This document shows, piece by piece, positions 29,067-39,186 of a stretch of 64,000 nt of DNA. This DNA comes from Agathobacter sp. GTDB taxonomy: Bacteria; Bacillota; Clostridia; Lachnospirales; Lachnospiraceae. The number at the start of each line of letters is the position of its first letter. Positions within the stretch are counted from its first letter, which is position 1. The position numbers and the translations under genes are program-made. Location: the NCBI GenBank assembly GCA_045641745.1, contig JAZUHO010000109.1, positions 23,519-87,518 on the forward strand, written 5' to 3'. The notes below the pieces were generated by a model, which saw nothing but the letters and a program-made list of their open reading frames with translations, was not told where the DNA came from and searched no databases.

Positions 29067-30431
29067 TTAGCGTTCATCCATTGGAATATATTGCTGATGG
29101 GTACCATCATATTTGTATGCAGGACGCATAATTTTACTGTTATATGATAATTCTTCCAGGCGATGTGCACTCCAGCCAGAAATTCGCGCAATTGCAAAAA
29201 TTGGTGTATATAGCTCCACAGGAAGTCCCAACATGTTGTAGGCAAATCCACTAAAGAAATCCACATTAGGACTTACGCCTTTATAAATTTTACGTTCTGC
29301 TGCAATAATCTGAGGTGCTAAACGTTCTACGTTGGAATAGAGTGCGAATTCGTCTTCGCGATGCTTTTCCGCAGAAAGTCGTTCCACAAAGCCGCGGAAA
29401 AGAACTGCACGAGGATCGGAAAGTGAATATACCGCATGCCCCATACCATAGATAAGTCCAGAATGGTCAAAGGCTTCCTTGTTCAATAGAGCTTTCAGGT
29501 AATGACTTAATTCATCGTCATCATTCCAGTCCTTTACATTTTCTTTTAAGTCATCGAACATTTTCATGACCTTTATGTTGGCACCACCGTGTCGAGGTCC
29601 CTTTAGGGAACCAATTGCGGCTGCAATTGCAGAATAGGTATCGGTTCCAGAACTACTTACTAAATGAGTAGTGAAACTTGAGTTATTTCCGCCACCATGC
29701 TCCATATGAAGGATGAGAGCAATGTCAAGAAGCTTTGCTTCGAGTGGTGTAAATTTTGAGTTGGGACGTAACATGTGTAAAATGTTTTCTGCAGTGGAAT
29801 ATTCAGGATTTGGATTATGGATGAAGAAACTATTTCCTTCCTTATAATGGCTATAGGCCTGATATCCATAAACCGATAACTCTGGGAATAAGCTTATTAA
29901 TTGCATACACTGTCTTAAAACATTTGGCAGTGAGATATCGTCAGCATTATCGTCATAACCATAAAGATTAAGAACACTTTTGGCAAGTGTATTCATCATA
30001 TCATGACTTGGTGCCTTCATAATGATATCCCTGACAAAGTTGGTTGGTAATGTACGATAGCTACTAAGTAATTCACAGAAATGTGTTAACTCATCCTTGG
30101 TTGGAAGCTTTCCAAACAATAGTAAATAGGTACATTCTTCAAAACCGAAATGATTATCTTCCCCAATTCCCTTTATTAAATCAGATACGTTATATCCACG
30201 ATAATAGAGCTGACCATGTGCAGGAACAAGTTTCCCGTTTTCCATTTTAGTTGCACACACATCAGAAATCTGTGTGAGTCCAACAAGTACGCCTTTTCCA
30301 TTTAAGTCACGTAAACCACGTTTGACGTCAAACTTGGTGTAGTCCTCTGGATTAATGGTGGCAGTGCTTTGACACATGTTTGATAAACGAATAATTTCAG
30401 GTGTGATTTCGCTGTACGGATTTTCTCCCAT
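29067..30431 (-). CDS. gltA: citrate synthase (Si-type)
   Basis: LYYRGY, HMEHGGGNNSSF, GPRHGGAN, GMGHAVY..DPRA and PNVDF. Confidence 0.94.
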   Translation of the reverse strand: MGENPYSEITPEIIRLSNMCQSTATINPEDYTKFDVKRGLRDLNGKGVLVGLTQISDVCATKMENGKLVPAHGQLYYRGYNVSDLIKGIGEDNHFGFEECTYLLLFGKLPTKDELTHFCELLSSYRTLPTNFVRDIIMKAPSHDMMNTLAKSVLNLYGYDDNADDISLPNVLRQCMQLISLFPELSVYGYQAYSHYKEGNSFFIHNPNPEYSTAENILHMLRPNSKFTPLEAKLLDIALILHMEHGGGNNSSFTTHLVSSSGTDTYSAIAAAIGSLKGPRHGGANIKVMKMFDDLKENVKDWNDDDELSHYLKALLNKEAFDHSGLIYGMGHAVYSLSDPRAVLFRGFVERLSAEKHREDEFALYSNVERLAPQIIAAERKIYKGVSPNVDFFSGFAYNMLGLPVELYTPIFAIARISGWSAHRLEELSYNSKIMRPAYKYDGTHQQYIPMDER

Positions 30432-30438
30432 AATTGCC

Positions 30439-30458
30439 TCCTTTAACGTGCTAAAGTG
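30439..30458. promoter_or_regulatory. palindromic operator (HisR/YerC-like) overlapping the gltA RBS
   Basis: TCCTTTA-ACGTGC-TAAAGTG; related sites at 43218-43237 and 7356-7375. Confidence 0.5.
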
Positions 30459-30684
30459 ATTTTAACAGTATGTGAAATAGAAAACAAGGAATATTCAGAG
30501 ATTTGCATAAATATTTATATATTTTTAATAATATAAAGTGCGTTTTAGGTCTGTGGTAACAAAAAATGAATTCCCAAACTGGGAAAAAGATGGTAAAATG
30601 ATAGGGCAGATTGTGAGAGAGAAGTATGTAAATTTTACAGTCTGAAAAGTTTTTCTATAAAAGTGGAAAGGTAGAAGATATAGC

Positions 30685-31098
30685 ATGATAAATGTAGATG
30701 AATTATGCAGACAAGCGATACAAGCAAAGGAGCATGCGTATGTTCCATATTCGCATTTTAGAGTGGGGGCGGCACTTCTTACGGAGGACGATAAAATATA
30801 TCAAGGGTGCAATATTGAGAATGCAGCATTTACACCAACGAATTGTGCTGAACGTACTGCATTTTTTAAAGCAGTTTCAGAGGGGGAATTAAAATTTAAA
30901 GCAATTGCAATTAGTGGAGATGCAGAAGATTTCCTTTATCCGTGTGGAGTTTGTAGACAGGTTATGGCTGAATTTTGCGACACGAAAACGTTTCAAGTTA
31001 TCTTGGTAAAACCGAATATGGAGTACAAGATTTTTACGTTGGGCGAATTGCTTCCAGGTGCGTTTACCAATGAAGAGATGCAGAAGGGAATTCGCTAG
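30685..31098 (+). CDS. cdd: cytidine deaminase
   Basis: PYSHFRVGAA, CAERTA and PCGVCRQ. Confidence 0.96.
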   Translation: MINVDELCRQAIQAKEHAYVPYSHFRVGAALLTEDDKIYQGCNIENAAFTPTNCAERTAFFKAVSEGELKFKAIAISGDAEDFLYPCGVCRQVMAEFCDTKTFQVILVKPNMEYKIFTLGELLPGAFTNEEMQKGIR

Positions 31099-31150
31099 AA
31101 AATCGTAAGAAAAAGGAAGGGATTTCTTACATTTTTTTGTGAAAAACAGA

Positions 31151-31178
31151 TTGACAAAAAAATAACATAGTGTATAGT
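31151..31178 (+). promoter_or_regulatory. SigA promoter of pckA
   Basis: TTGACA-N16-TATAGT. Confidence 0.6.
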
Positions 31179-31241
31179 GTAGGTAGTGTGTTTCATGCTA
31201 TTTATGTATAATCATATTTTTTTAAAGGAGGAAATATATAT

Positions 31242-32957
31242 ATGTCAACTAAAGCTTATTATGAGTTGAATGAAATCGGTGCTGGAAAGCCAGGTTTTTC
31301 TAAAACCCGTTCTATCATCGAGGCTGCTTTCTACGGAAATAATGTAGTAAAAGTTAATACATTAAAGGAAGCATATGAATTAGCAAAAAACTCTCCAGGA
31401 ACAATCGTTACCGATATGCCTGTAAAAGATGGTGAAACATTTGGTCTTGAGAAAGATGCAAAAGTTTTATTATTCAACGATGGTGCTGTAACTGGTCGTT
31501 ACGCAGCAGCTCGCCGTATTAAAGGAGAGCCAGGTGTTGATGAGGTTAAACTTGATAAAGTGGTTATGGATGCAATCTATGAGACACGTTGGAAAACTAT
31601 GTATCATGCTGAGTGTTATGTAGGTCTTGATCCAGAGTTCATGGTTAAAGCTCACCTTCTTATTCCAGAAGGAGAAGAGAACATCCTTTACAACTGGATG
31701 ATTAACTTCCAGTATATGTCAGATGAATATGTTAAAATGTACAAGAATTCAAAAGCAGTTGGCGATGGAAAAGAGCCAGATATCTATATCTTCTCAGATC
31801 CACAGTGGGCACCACACGAAGCTCCAGATGTTGACTATAGCTGTTTAAGTGATCCACTTACACTTTGCTATTTTGATACAAATGAGAACTGCGCAGCAAT
31901 TCTTGGTATGAGATATTTCGGAGAGCACAAAAAAGGTACATTAACAATGGCTTGGGCTCTTGCAAACAGAAATGGATACGCTTCATGCCACGGTGGACAG
32001 AAAGAGTACACATTAGATAACGGAGATAAATTCGTTGCTTCTGTATACGGATTATCAGGATCTGGTAAATCTACTCTTACACATGCAAAACATGATGGAA
32101 AATATCCAGCAATCAAGGTTCTTCATGATGATGCTTTCATTATCAACACAGATACATGTGCATCTATTGCTTTAGAGCCAACATACTTTGATAAAACAGC
32201 TGATTATCCAACAGGATGTCCAGATAACGAGTACTTATTATCTGCTCAGAACTGTTCTGCTACATTAGATAGCGAAGGTAAGATTCAGTTAGTAACAGAG
32301 GATATCCGTAATGGTAACGGACGTGCAATTAAATCTAAATTATGGTCTCCAAACCGTGTAGATAAGATTGATGCTCCTGTTAACGCAATCTTCTGGATTA
32401 TGAAAGATCCTACAATTCCACCAGTAGTAAAATTGAAAGGATCTGCTTTAGCTTCTGTTATGGGTGCTACACTTGCAACAAAGACATCTACTGCTGAGCG
32501 TGTTGCTGCAGGAACAGACTTAAATGCAATCCGTATCGTACCATATGCTAACCCATTTAGAACTTATCCATTAGTAAATGACTATGAGAAGTTCAAAAAG
32601 TTAGTAGAAGAGAAGAACGTAGCTTGCTACATCGTAAACACTGGTGACTTCATGGGCCACAAATGTCAGAAAGAGGATACATTAGGAATCCTTGAGACAA
32701 TCGTAGAAGGCAAAGCTAAGTTTGAGAAATGGGGACCATTCGAAGATATCGAAATCATGAATGATTGGTCTGGAAAGACTGGTGATTTCACTCCAAATCT
32801 TAATGATAAAGCTTACGTTGCTGAACTCAAGAACGCAATGCAGACACGTGTAAATGCGGTAGAAGGATTCGCAACAAAGAAAGAGGGATATGATAAACTT
32901 CCTGATGAGGCTTTAGAGGCATTAAAGAAACTTGTTGATGAGATTGATACTCTTTAA
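31242..32957 (+). CDS. pckA: phosphoenolpyruvate carboxykinase (ATP)
   Basis: YFGEHKKG, CHGG, GLSGSGKSTL, HDD and NGRA motifs; codon usage typical of a highly expressed gene. Confidence 0.9.
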   Translation: MSTKAYYELNEIGAGKPGFSKTRSIIEAAFYGNNVVKVNTLKEAYELAKNSPGTIVTDMPVKDGETFGLEKDAKVLLFNDGAVTGRYAAARRIKGEPGVDEVKLDKVVMDAIYETRWKTMYHAECYVGLDPEFMVKAHLLIPEGEENILYNWMINFQYMSDEYVKMYKNSKAVGDGKEPDIYIFSDPQWAPHEAPDVDYSCLSDPLTLCYFDTNENCAAILGMRYFGEHKKGTLTMAWALANRNGYASCHGGQKEYTLDNGDKFVASVYGLSGSGKSTLTHAKHDGKYPAIKVLHDDAFIINTDTCASIALEPTYFDKTADYPTGCPDNEYLLSAQNCSATLDSEGKIQLVTEDIRNGNGRAIKSKLWSPNRVDKIDAPVNAIFWIMKDPTIPPVVKLKGSALASVMGATLATKTSTAERVAAGTDLNAIRIVPYANPFRTYPLVNDYEKFKKLVEEKNVACYIVNTGDFMGHKCQKEDTLGILETIVEGKAKFEKWGPFEDIEIMNDWSGKTGDFTPNLNDKAYVAELKNAMQTRVNAVEGFATKKEGYDKLPDEALEALKKLVDEIDTL

Positions 32958-32981
32958 TTTAAAGTAACAAATAAGAACAAT

Positions 32982-33023
32982 AGTCAGCACATGCAACTGT
33001 AATTGGTTGTATGTGCTGATTTT
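32982..33023 (+). terminator. terminator after pckA
   Basis: AGTCAGCACATGCAACT...GGTTGTATGTGCTGATT followed by T residues. Confidence 0.75.
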
Positions 33024-33224
33024 GTATTTGAAAAAGGCGACAAATTGCATGGTAAAGATAAAGTGTTCCAAAATTGATAAACGAAAATGCAAAAACCAGT
33101 TTTGCCGATTTGCTTAAAAATCTGTAATAGAATTTGTTAGGATATGGTGTGTCAAGAAAAATATGTTCGTTAGTTTGCACGAAGATTTATGGAAATTTTG
33201 GGAGAAAGTACCTCGAATCATAGA

Positions 33225-33253
33225 TTGAAAAATGCGCAAAATTAAAGTATAAT
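33225..33253 (+). promoter_or_regulatory. SigA promoter of 6S RNA
   Basis: TTGAAA-N17-TATAAT ending about 7 nt before the RNA 5' end. Confidence 0.75.
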
Positions 33254-33259
33254 AAGCTT

Positions 33260-33446
33260 ACAAAAAAGCCTGGGGTGTACGATAACTCTTGTTATTTAGA
33301 ACCTACATTTACTTTCAACGGGATTCCTATATGAATTGCTCTATGTCAGGCCGCCTCGTATCAGTGGAAGGCAGAACGCAAGCTGCGGTTACCCACCTAG
33401 CTTTAGCTAGGAGTCTAAATTACAGGAACCGGCATTTTGGGTTATT
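33260..33446 (+). ncRNA. ssrS: 6S RNA
   Basis: About 185 nt; closing stem AGCCUGGGGUGU/GCAUUUUGGGUU, inner stem CUUGUUAUUUAGA/UCUAAAUUACAGG, ACCCACC element; own promoter and terminator. Confidence 0.85.
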
Positions 33447-33558
33447 ACAAAAGATAAATTTTTGGGATACAAAAGATATGATTTCAATACACAGAAGATT
33501 TTGAATTACAACAGAGTGATTGAGATACAAAAGATAAAAGAATAAGATACAAAAGAGT
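33446..33558 (+). repeat. six-copy degenerate direct-repeat array, unit TACAAAAGA(T/G)
   Basis: Copies start at 33446, 33468, 33490, 33507, 33526 and 33548. Confidence 0.65.
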
Positions 33559-33590
33559 AAGAAGCTGCTAGTGTTAGCAGCTTCTTTTTT
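33559..33590 (+). terminator. terminator downstream of 6S RNA
   Basis: AAGAAGCTGCTA-GTGT-TAGCAGCTTCTT followed by T run. Confidence 0.8.
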
Positions 33591-33626
33591 CCATAAAAAA
33601 CAATCGATGGGATTGGAGAAATTTGC

Positions 33627-35333
33627 GTGAGAAGAAAAGAAAGACAGATAAATGGGGAAGACAAACGATTGATTATTGCAATTTTAGCTGTAATTATCGC
33701 TTGTGTGTTGATTACAGCTGGGATTGTAGCAAATCTCACTCGTAACAAAGAAGATACGGAATCACAGACGGATATGGCAAGTGCCTATTTTGAAAATGCT
33801 TATGTTTATCAAGTGGAAGACGGGCAAGTTTATTTTTGCCATGGAGCAGAGCAGTATGCATTCGAAAGTGATTATTCCGAAAGTTATAAAGGAATCGCGG
33901 ATATATCGGTAAAGAATCAGAAGGTGTATTCCATGGTACAAAAGCCAGATTTGATATCTGGCAATCTGCTTTCCTACACGGACGAGGTAATGGAAGTCGA
34001 AAACTATGGAATGGTGAAAAGAATACCGAATTTGCCTGTCTACCATGTTTTTGATACGGTGCCAACGGAAGGGGGATTTTCCGATTTTGTTTTGGGAGAA
34101 AGTCTTCTTAGTTATGTCATGCAGGACAATTGTATCGTCTCTATTCTGGTAACGGAAAAAACAATTCCTGAAAAAATCCGTGTACTCATTAAGAATGGCA
34201 CAGAGGATACCTTCTCCAATTTCACACTTGCTGTTGTCACGAAAGCATTTGTGACGCAAAATCAAGTGACAACGGAATATGCTGCAGGAGATATAGCTAT
34301 AGAATCGCTTTTTTCAGAAGGGGTAAATGAAGTAGTGATTGATGCAGGAATAGAGGGCTGCAAATTGAAATTGCAGGATGGAAAGGAGACACAACCATAT
34401 CCCAATGTATTGAAAATAAAAAAATACGGAGAAGGATATCTTGTTATCAATGAAACAAGCTTGGAGGAATATGTAAAACGAGTGATTCCGTCCGAAATGC
34501 CATCCAAATTTGAAGTGGAAGCATTGAAAGCGCAGGCGGTATGCGCGCGAACCTACGCTCTTTCCCAAATACATAATACGAGTTACGCAGAGTATGGAGC
34601 CAATATGGATGACACAACCTCTTTTCAGGTTTATAATAAGAGCCCGGTGAACGAAAAAATACTGGAGGCTTCTAAGAGCACACAGGGGCAGACTTTGATG
34701 CAAAACAATGCGTACATTACCTGCTTTTTCTTTTCCACGTCGGCTGGGGTGACGACAGATATGGGAGTGTGGGAAAATCAGAGCGGAAAACAGATGGATG
34801 AAAATGAATACTCGTACATTGCAAGTGCAAATCCAATTGGAAATATTGATTTTCAATCGGAGGAGGCGATGACAAAATATTTGAAGGAAGCACCCAATTG
34901 CTACGATGAGGAGTCGCCATATTTTCGCTGGAAGGCTGAGTTGGAAAGTGCTACAGATGAGACGTTAGGAAAGATAAAAAGGATTGACGTAATACGCCGT
35001 GAGAGTGGAGGCTATGTGAGTAAGCTATGCATTTACGGTTCGAAAGAGAGTAAAATGGTAGAGGGGGAATTGGCAATTCGACAATATCTTGGACAGTTTT
35101 TAACAAAACTAACGCTTTCAAATGGAACTGAAAGAGCGGATATGAAGATGCTGCCAAGTAGTTGCTTTGTTATCGAAGCGGGAGGCAATGGTGATTTTCA
35201 GTTATGTGGTGGCGGATTTGGACATGGAATTGGACTGAGCCAGTTTGGAGCCAATGGAATGGCAAAACAAGGGAAAGATTATCTGGAAATTCTACATTTT
35301 TATTATCAAAACTTTGAAATAAATATGGGTTGA
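33627..35333 (+). CDS. SpoIID/LytB domain protein, membrane-anchored
   Basis: LEEYVKRVIPSEMP, EALKAQAVCARTYA and GFGHGIGLSQFGA. Confidence 0.9.
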   Translation: MRRKERQINGEDKRLIIAILAVIIACVLITAGIVANLTRNKEDTESQTDMASAYFENAYVYQVEDGQVYFCHGAEQYAFESDYSESYKGIADISVKNQKVYSMVQKPDLISGNLLSYTDEVMEVENYGMVKRIPNLPVYHVFDTVPTEGGFSDFVLGESLLSYVMQDNCIVSILVTEKTIPEKIRVLIKNGTEDTFSNFTLAVVTKAFVTQNQVTTEYAAGDIAIESLFSEGVNEVVIDAGIEGCKLKLQDGKETQPYPNVLKIKKYGEGYLVINETSLEEYVKRVIPSEMPSKFEVEALKAQAVCARTYALSQIHNTSYAEYGANMDDTTSFQVYNKSPVNEKILEASKSTQGQTLMQNNAYITCFFFSTSAGVTTDMGVWENQSGKQMDENEYSYIASANPIGNIDFQSEEAMTKYLKEAPNCYDEESPYFRWKAELESATDETLGKIKRIDVIRRESGGYVSKLCIYGSKESKMVEGELAIRQYLGQFLTKLTLSNGTERADMKMLPSSCFVIEAGGNGDFQLCGGGFGHGIGLSQFGANGMAKQGKDYLEILHFYYQNFEINMG

Positions 35334-35370
35334 TTGTTTTCATGTGGTGTGCTAAAATTGTTCAAGATAA

Positions 35371-35622
35371 AAGCGAAGAATGTGTAAGTAGAACACGATT
35401 TTCTTTCAGAGAGAGGGGGCCATCGGCTGTGAGCTTCCTTAAGTTCAAATAGTGTTTGAAATTCTCACAGGAGCTGCTTATGGGAAAGCCGATAGGTTAG
35501 TAGTGTAAGACGTCTACTGCACGTTACGCAGCAATGAGTGTCCGATGTGTTATATCGGGAATCAGGGTGGTATCGCGGATTAGTTTCGTCCCTATTAGTT
35601 TAATAGGGTCGGAACTTTTTTT
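35371..35622 (+). promoter_or_regulatory. T-box riboswitch (Phe) of pheST
   Basis: AGUA/GAA S-turn, AG box, GGCUGUGA loop, UUC specifier at 35462-35464, T-box AATCAGGGTGGTATCGCG at 35560-35577, terminator at 35583-35622. Confidence 0.92.
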
Positions 35623-35693
35623 GATTGTTGAAAATATTCTTCTGTCAAACTTCAATTCGTCCCTAGACAAAATATTATCAAAGGAGAATCGAT

Positions 35694-36719
35694 ATGAAAG
35701 AAAAATTGCAGTTAATCAAAGAAAATGCATTACGCGAAATTCAGGAATCGGTTGATTTGGCAAAATTGAACGATGTGCGTAATAACATTTTAGGCAAAAA
35801 AGGTGAGCTGACAGCTGTACTAAAAGGTATGAAGGATGTGGCTCCAGAGGATAGACCTAAGGTTGGACAGTGGGTAAATGAAACCCGTGCAGCAATCGAA
35901 GAGGTTTTGGAAGAAAAAATTGCTAAATTTGAAGCAGAAGAATTAAGAAGAAAATATGAGAGCGAGAAAATTGACGTTACAATGCCTGCAAATCAAGTAA
36001 GCAGGGGATATTTGCATCCAGTTACTCAGGTTCGTAATCAATTGATTGATATTTTTGGTTCTATGGGATTTGAAATCTATGAAGGAACAGAAATAGAGAC
36101 GGATCATTATAACTTTACAGCATTGAATACACCAGATGATCATCCAGCGCGCGATATGCAGGATACTTTCTACTTGTCACCAGAGTTTTTACTCCGTACA
36201 CAGACCTCTGCTGGTCAGATTCATGTTATGGAAGCAAAGAAACCACCAATTAAAATTATTTCACCTGGTAAAGTGTTCCGTTCCGATGATGATGCAACAC
36301 ATTCACCAATGTTTACCCAGATGGAAGGCTTGGTGGTAGACAAAGGAATCACTCTTTGTGACTTAAAGGGTATGCTAGAAGTATTTGTAAAGAAGATTTT
36401 TGGAAAAGATACAACGACACGTCTTAGACCTTCTTATTTTCCATTTACGGAGCCTTCTGTTGAGGTTGATGTGAGCTGTTTCCAGTGTGGCGGAAAAGGC
36501 TGCAAGCTTTGCAAGGGTACCGGATGGATTGAAGTATTAGGTGCTGGTGTTGTTAATAAAAAGGTATTAGAGGGCTGTGATATTGATACCGATGAATATA
36601 GTGGATTTGCTTTTGGAATCGGTGTAGAGCGTATTGCAATGCTTAAATACGGTATTAATAACATCAAACATTTATTTGAGTCAGATCTTCGCGTATTAGG
36701 ACAGATTGACGACAACTAA
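35694..36719 (+). CDS. pheS: phenylalanine--tRNA ligase alpha subunit
   Basis: [27 protein letters not shown] and [10 protein letters not shown]. Confidence 0.98.
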   Translation: MKEKLQLIKENALREIQESVDLAKLNDVRNNILGKKGELTAVLKGMKDVAPEDRPKVGQWVNETRAAIEEVLEEKIAKFEAEELRRKYESEKIDVTMPANQVSRGYLHPVTQVRNQLIDIFGSMGFEIYEGTEIETDHYNFTALNTPDDHPARDMQDTFYLSPEFLLRTQTSAGQIHVMEAKKPPIKIISPGKVFRSDDDATHSPMFTQMEGLVVDKGITLCDLKGMLEVFVKKIFGKDTTTRLRPSYFPFTEPSVEVDVSCFQCGGKGCKLCKGTGWIEVLGAGVVNKKVLEGCDIDTDEYSGFAFGIGVERIAMLKYGINNIKHLFESDLRVLGQIDDN

Positions 36720-36741
36720 AAGAAGGTAAGGAGGAAGAATT

Positions 36742-39162
36742 ATGTTAGCACCATTAAGTTGGTTGAAAGAATATGTAGATATTGATGTAACTCCAAAGGA
36801 ATTAGAGGAGAAGCTTTTTTCCTGTGGATTTGAAGTAGAGGAATTAATTGAGGTCGGAAAAGATATCAGCAACGTAGTTGTCGGATATGTAGAAGCGTGT
36901 GAACCAATCCCAGATACACACTTAAATTTGTGTAAAGTGAATGCAGGAACACACGGAACCTTCCAGATTTGCTGTGGAGCAGATAATGTTAAAGCGGGAG
37001 GAAAGTTCCCACTTGCATTAATCGGAGCAACCGTTTATGCAACAGCAAAGGATCATGTTACCGTTGAGGGAGTAATGGAAATCAAACAGGGAAAATTAAG
37101 AGGATATGATTCTTTTGGTATGCTTTGTTCTGGTGTTGAAATTGGACTAAATGAAGATTTATATCCAGGAGCTGGATATAATGGACTTCTTGTTTTACCA
37201 GAGGATGCTGAGGTTGGAGCAGATGTAAAACCAATTCTTGGAATGAATGATTATATTTTTGACATTGCAATCACAGCAAATAGACCAGACTGTCAGAGTA
37301 TTTATGGTATTGCAAGAGAAGTAGCTGCAGTATTAGGAAAAGAGTGCAAACCACTTGCTCTTGATTACCATGAGACAGACGTTACTTTGGATGGATTTGA
37401 AGTTTCGGTAGAAGCTAAGGATTTGTGTCCAAGATACAGTGCGCACTATGTGCATGACGTGAAGCTTGCAGAATCTCCAGTATGGATGAAACGTAGATTG
37501 GCATTGGTTGGAATTAATTCGATTTCCAATGTTGTGGATATTACAAACTATGTCTTAAAAGAAATTGGACAGCCAATGCATGCGTTTGACTATAACTACT
37601 TAGAGGGCAATGCAATTCAGGTTCGTCGAGCAAAGGAAGGCGAGAAAATTGTTACCCTAGATGAAAAAGAGTTTACATTAACAAATAACAATTTGGTAAT
37701 TTGTGATGGTGTTAAGCCAGTTGCTTTAGCTGGAATCATGGGAGGCTTGAATTCTGAAATTAAAGAGGATACCACTGCAGTATTATTTGAGTCTGCAAAA
37801 TTTGCACGTGATAATGTACGTAAAAGCTCTCGAGCACTCGGCCAGTCTTCGGATTCCAGTGCCATGTATTCTAAGGGGGTATATGAGTACAATACTGTTA
37901 TCGGTATGAAGAGAGCGCTACATTTGATGGAAGAATTAGGTGCAGGTAAAGTCTCAAAAACACATGTTGAAGTTACTGCAGGAAATTCCATTGAACCAGT
38001 TGAAATGAAAGCAAGCTTGAAGCAGGTAAACGGCGTACTTGGTATTGAGGTTCCAGAGGAAGAGGTACTTCGAATCTTATCGAACTTAAATTTTGCACCT
38101 TCCATTGATGGAGACACCCTTACGATTCAGGTGCCAGCATATCGTGAAGACATGGAGTCTTATCAAGATATTGCAGAGGAAATTATTCGTATGTATGGAT
38201 ATGAGCACGTAATTCCTACCTTTATGCCTACCGCAAAAGTAACAGCTGGAGGATTAAACTTAAGACAGAAGACAGAGATGAAGGTAAAGAATGCATTATG
38301 TGCTGCAGGAGCATTTGAAGGAATTCATTATTCCTTCTTTTCACCAGCGGATTTGGATTTGCTTCGTTTGCCAGAGGATGCAAGTGAAAGACATGCAATT
38401 TCATTGATAAATCCAATTAATATTGATTTGTCGTTAATGAGAACAACCTTAGTTCCACAAATGCTTCACGCAATTGTTCGAAATCAGAAGAAGGCAATTT
38501 TAGAGGGAAGAATTTTTGAGTTGGGCAATCGTTTCATTGCGAAAGAACTTCCCTTAAAAGAGTATCCGGATGAGAGAGAGACACTTTGTGTTGGTGTATT
38601 TGGAGAAAATGAATCTTTCTTTACCTTGAAAGGCTTAGCTGAGACCGTAGCAGAAGCTTTGGATGTGAAATTTACATATCAAAGCAGTGAGAAAACCTTC
38701 TTGCATCCTTACCAGACAGCTACCGTTTTGTGTGAGGGAAAAGAAATTGGATATCTTGGAAAACTTCGTTATGAAATTCAAGATGAGTTAGATATGCGTG
38801 TTCCAGCATATGTGATGGAATTGGATATGAAGGAATTATCAAATTGGTATGGAAAAGAGCGTATTTTTACTCCAATTTCAAAATTCGACGAGGAGAAACG
38901 TGATTTTGCATTTGTAGTTGATAAAGAGATTACATGTGAAGCAATTGAAAATGCCATTATGGGAGCTTGTGAATATGTAACAGCAGTAAGCTTGTTTGAT
39001 GTATACGAAGGCATTCAGCTTCCACCAAACAAGAAGAGTATGGCATTTAAGGTGGTATTTACGCCAAGAGATGAAGAATTTACTGCAAAAACAGTGGAAG
39101 GCTATGTTGCTAACATTTTGAAAGCGTTAGAAGAAAAGGTTGGAGCAACCCTCCGTTCGTAA
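36742..39162 (+). CDS. pheT: phenylalanine--tRNA ligase beta subunit
   Basis: SWLKEY, ITANRPDC, GQPMHAFD, DIAEEIIRMYGY and C-terminal FDX-ACB domain. Confidence 0.98.
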   Translation: MLAPLSWLKEYVDIDVTPKELEEKLFSCGFEVEELIEVGKDISNVVVGYVEACEPIPDTHLNLCKVNAGTHGTFQICCGADNVKAGGKFPLALIGATVYATAKDHVTVEGVMEIKQGKLRGYDSFGMLCSGVEIGLNEDLYPGAGYNGLLVLPEDAEVGADVKPILGMNDYIFDIAITANRPDCQSIYGIAREVAAVLGKECKPLALDYHETDVTLDGFEVSVEAKDLCPRYSAHYVHDVKLAESPVWMKRRLALVGINSISNVVDITNYVLKEIGQPMHAFDYNYLEGNAIQVRRAKEGEKIVTLDEKEFTLTNNNLVICDGVKPVALAGIMGGLNSEIKEDTTAVLFESAKFARDNVRKSSRALGQSSDSSAMYSKGVYEYNTVIGMKRALHLMEELGAGKVSKTHVEVTAGNSIEPVEMKASLKQVNGVLGIEVPEEEVLRILSNLNFAPSIDGDTLTIQVPAYREDMESYQDIAEEIIRMYGYEHVIPTFMPTAKVTAGGLNLRQKTEMKVKNALCAAGAFEGIHYSFFSPADLDLLRLPEDASERHAISLINPINIDLSLMRTTLVPQMLHAIVRNQKKAILEGRIFELGNRFIAKELPLKEYPDERETLCVGVFGENESFFTLKGLAETVAEALDVKFTYQSSEKTFLHPYQTATVLCEGKEIGYLGKLRYEIQDELDMRVPAYVMELDMKELSNWYGKERIFTPISKFDEEKRDFAFVVDKEITCEAIENAIMGACEYVTAVSLFDVYEGIQLPPNKKSMAFKVVFTPRDEEFTAKTVEGYVANILKALEEKVGATLRS

Positions 39163-39186
39163 AGAGATAATAGTAAGGAAAAAAGT

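Noticed and set aside
33150-33169. LexA-like half site (CGAAC) next to a minus-strand TTGACA
   Set aside because: Only one half matches, there is no good -10 and no downstream gene on that strand
33289-33504. 71-aa ORF in the track
   Set aside because: Lies within the 6S RNA; no RBS and a TTG start
33446-33558. Repeat array as a CRISPR or mini-CRISPR
   Set aside because: Units are about 10 nt with 7-12 nt linkers, not palindromic, and there are no cas genes
35534-35755. 73-aa ORF upstream of pheS
   Set aside because: Overlaps the T-box antiterminator/terminator and pheS out of frame
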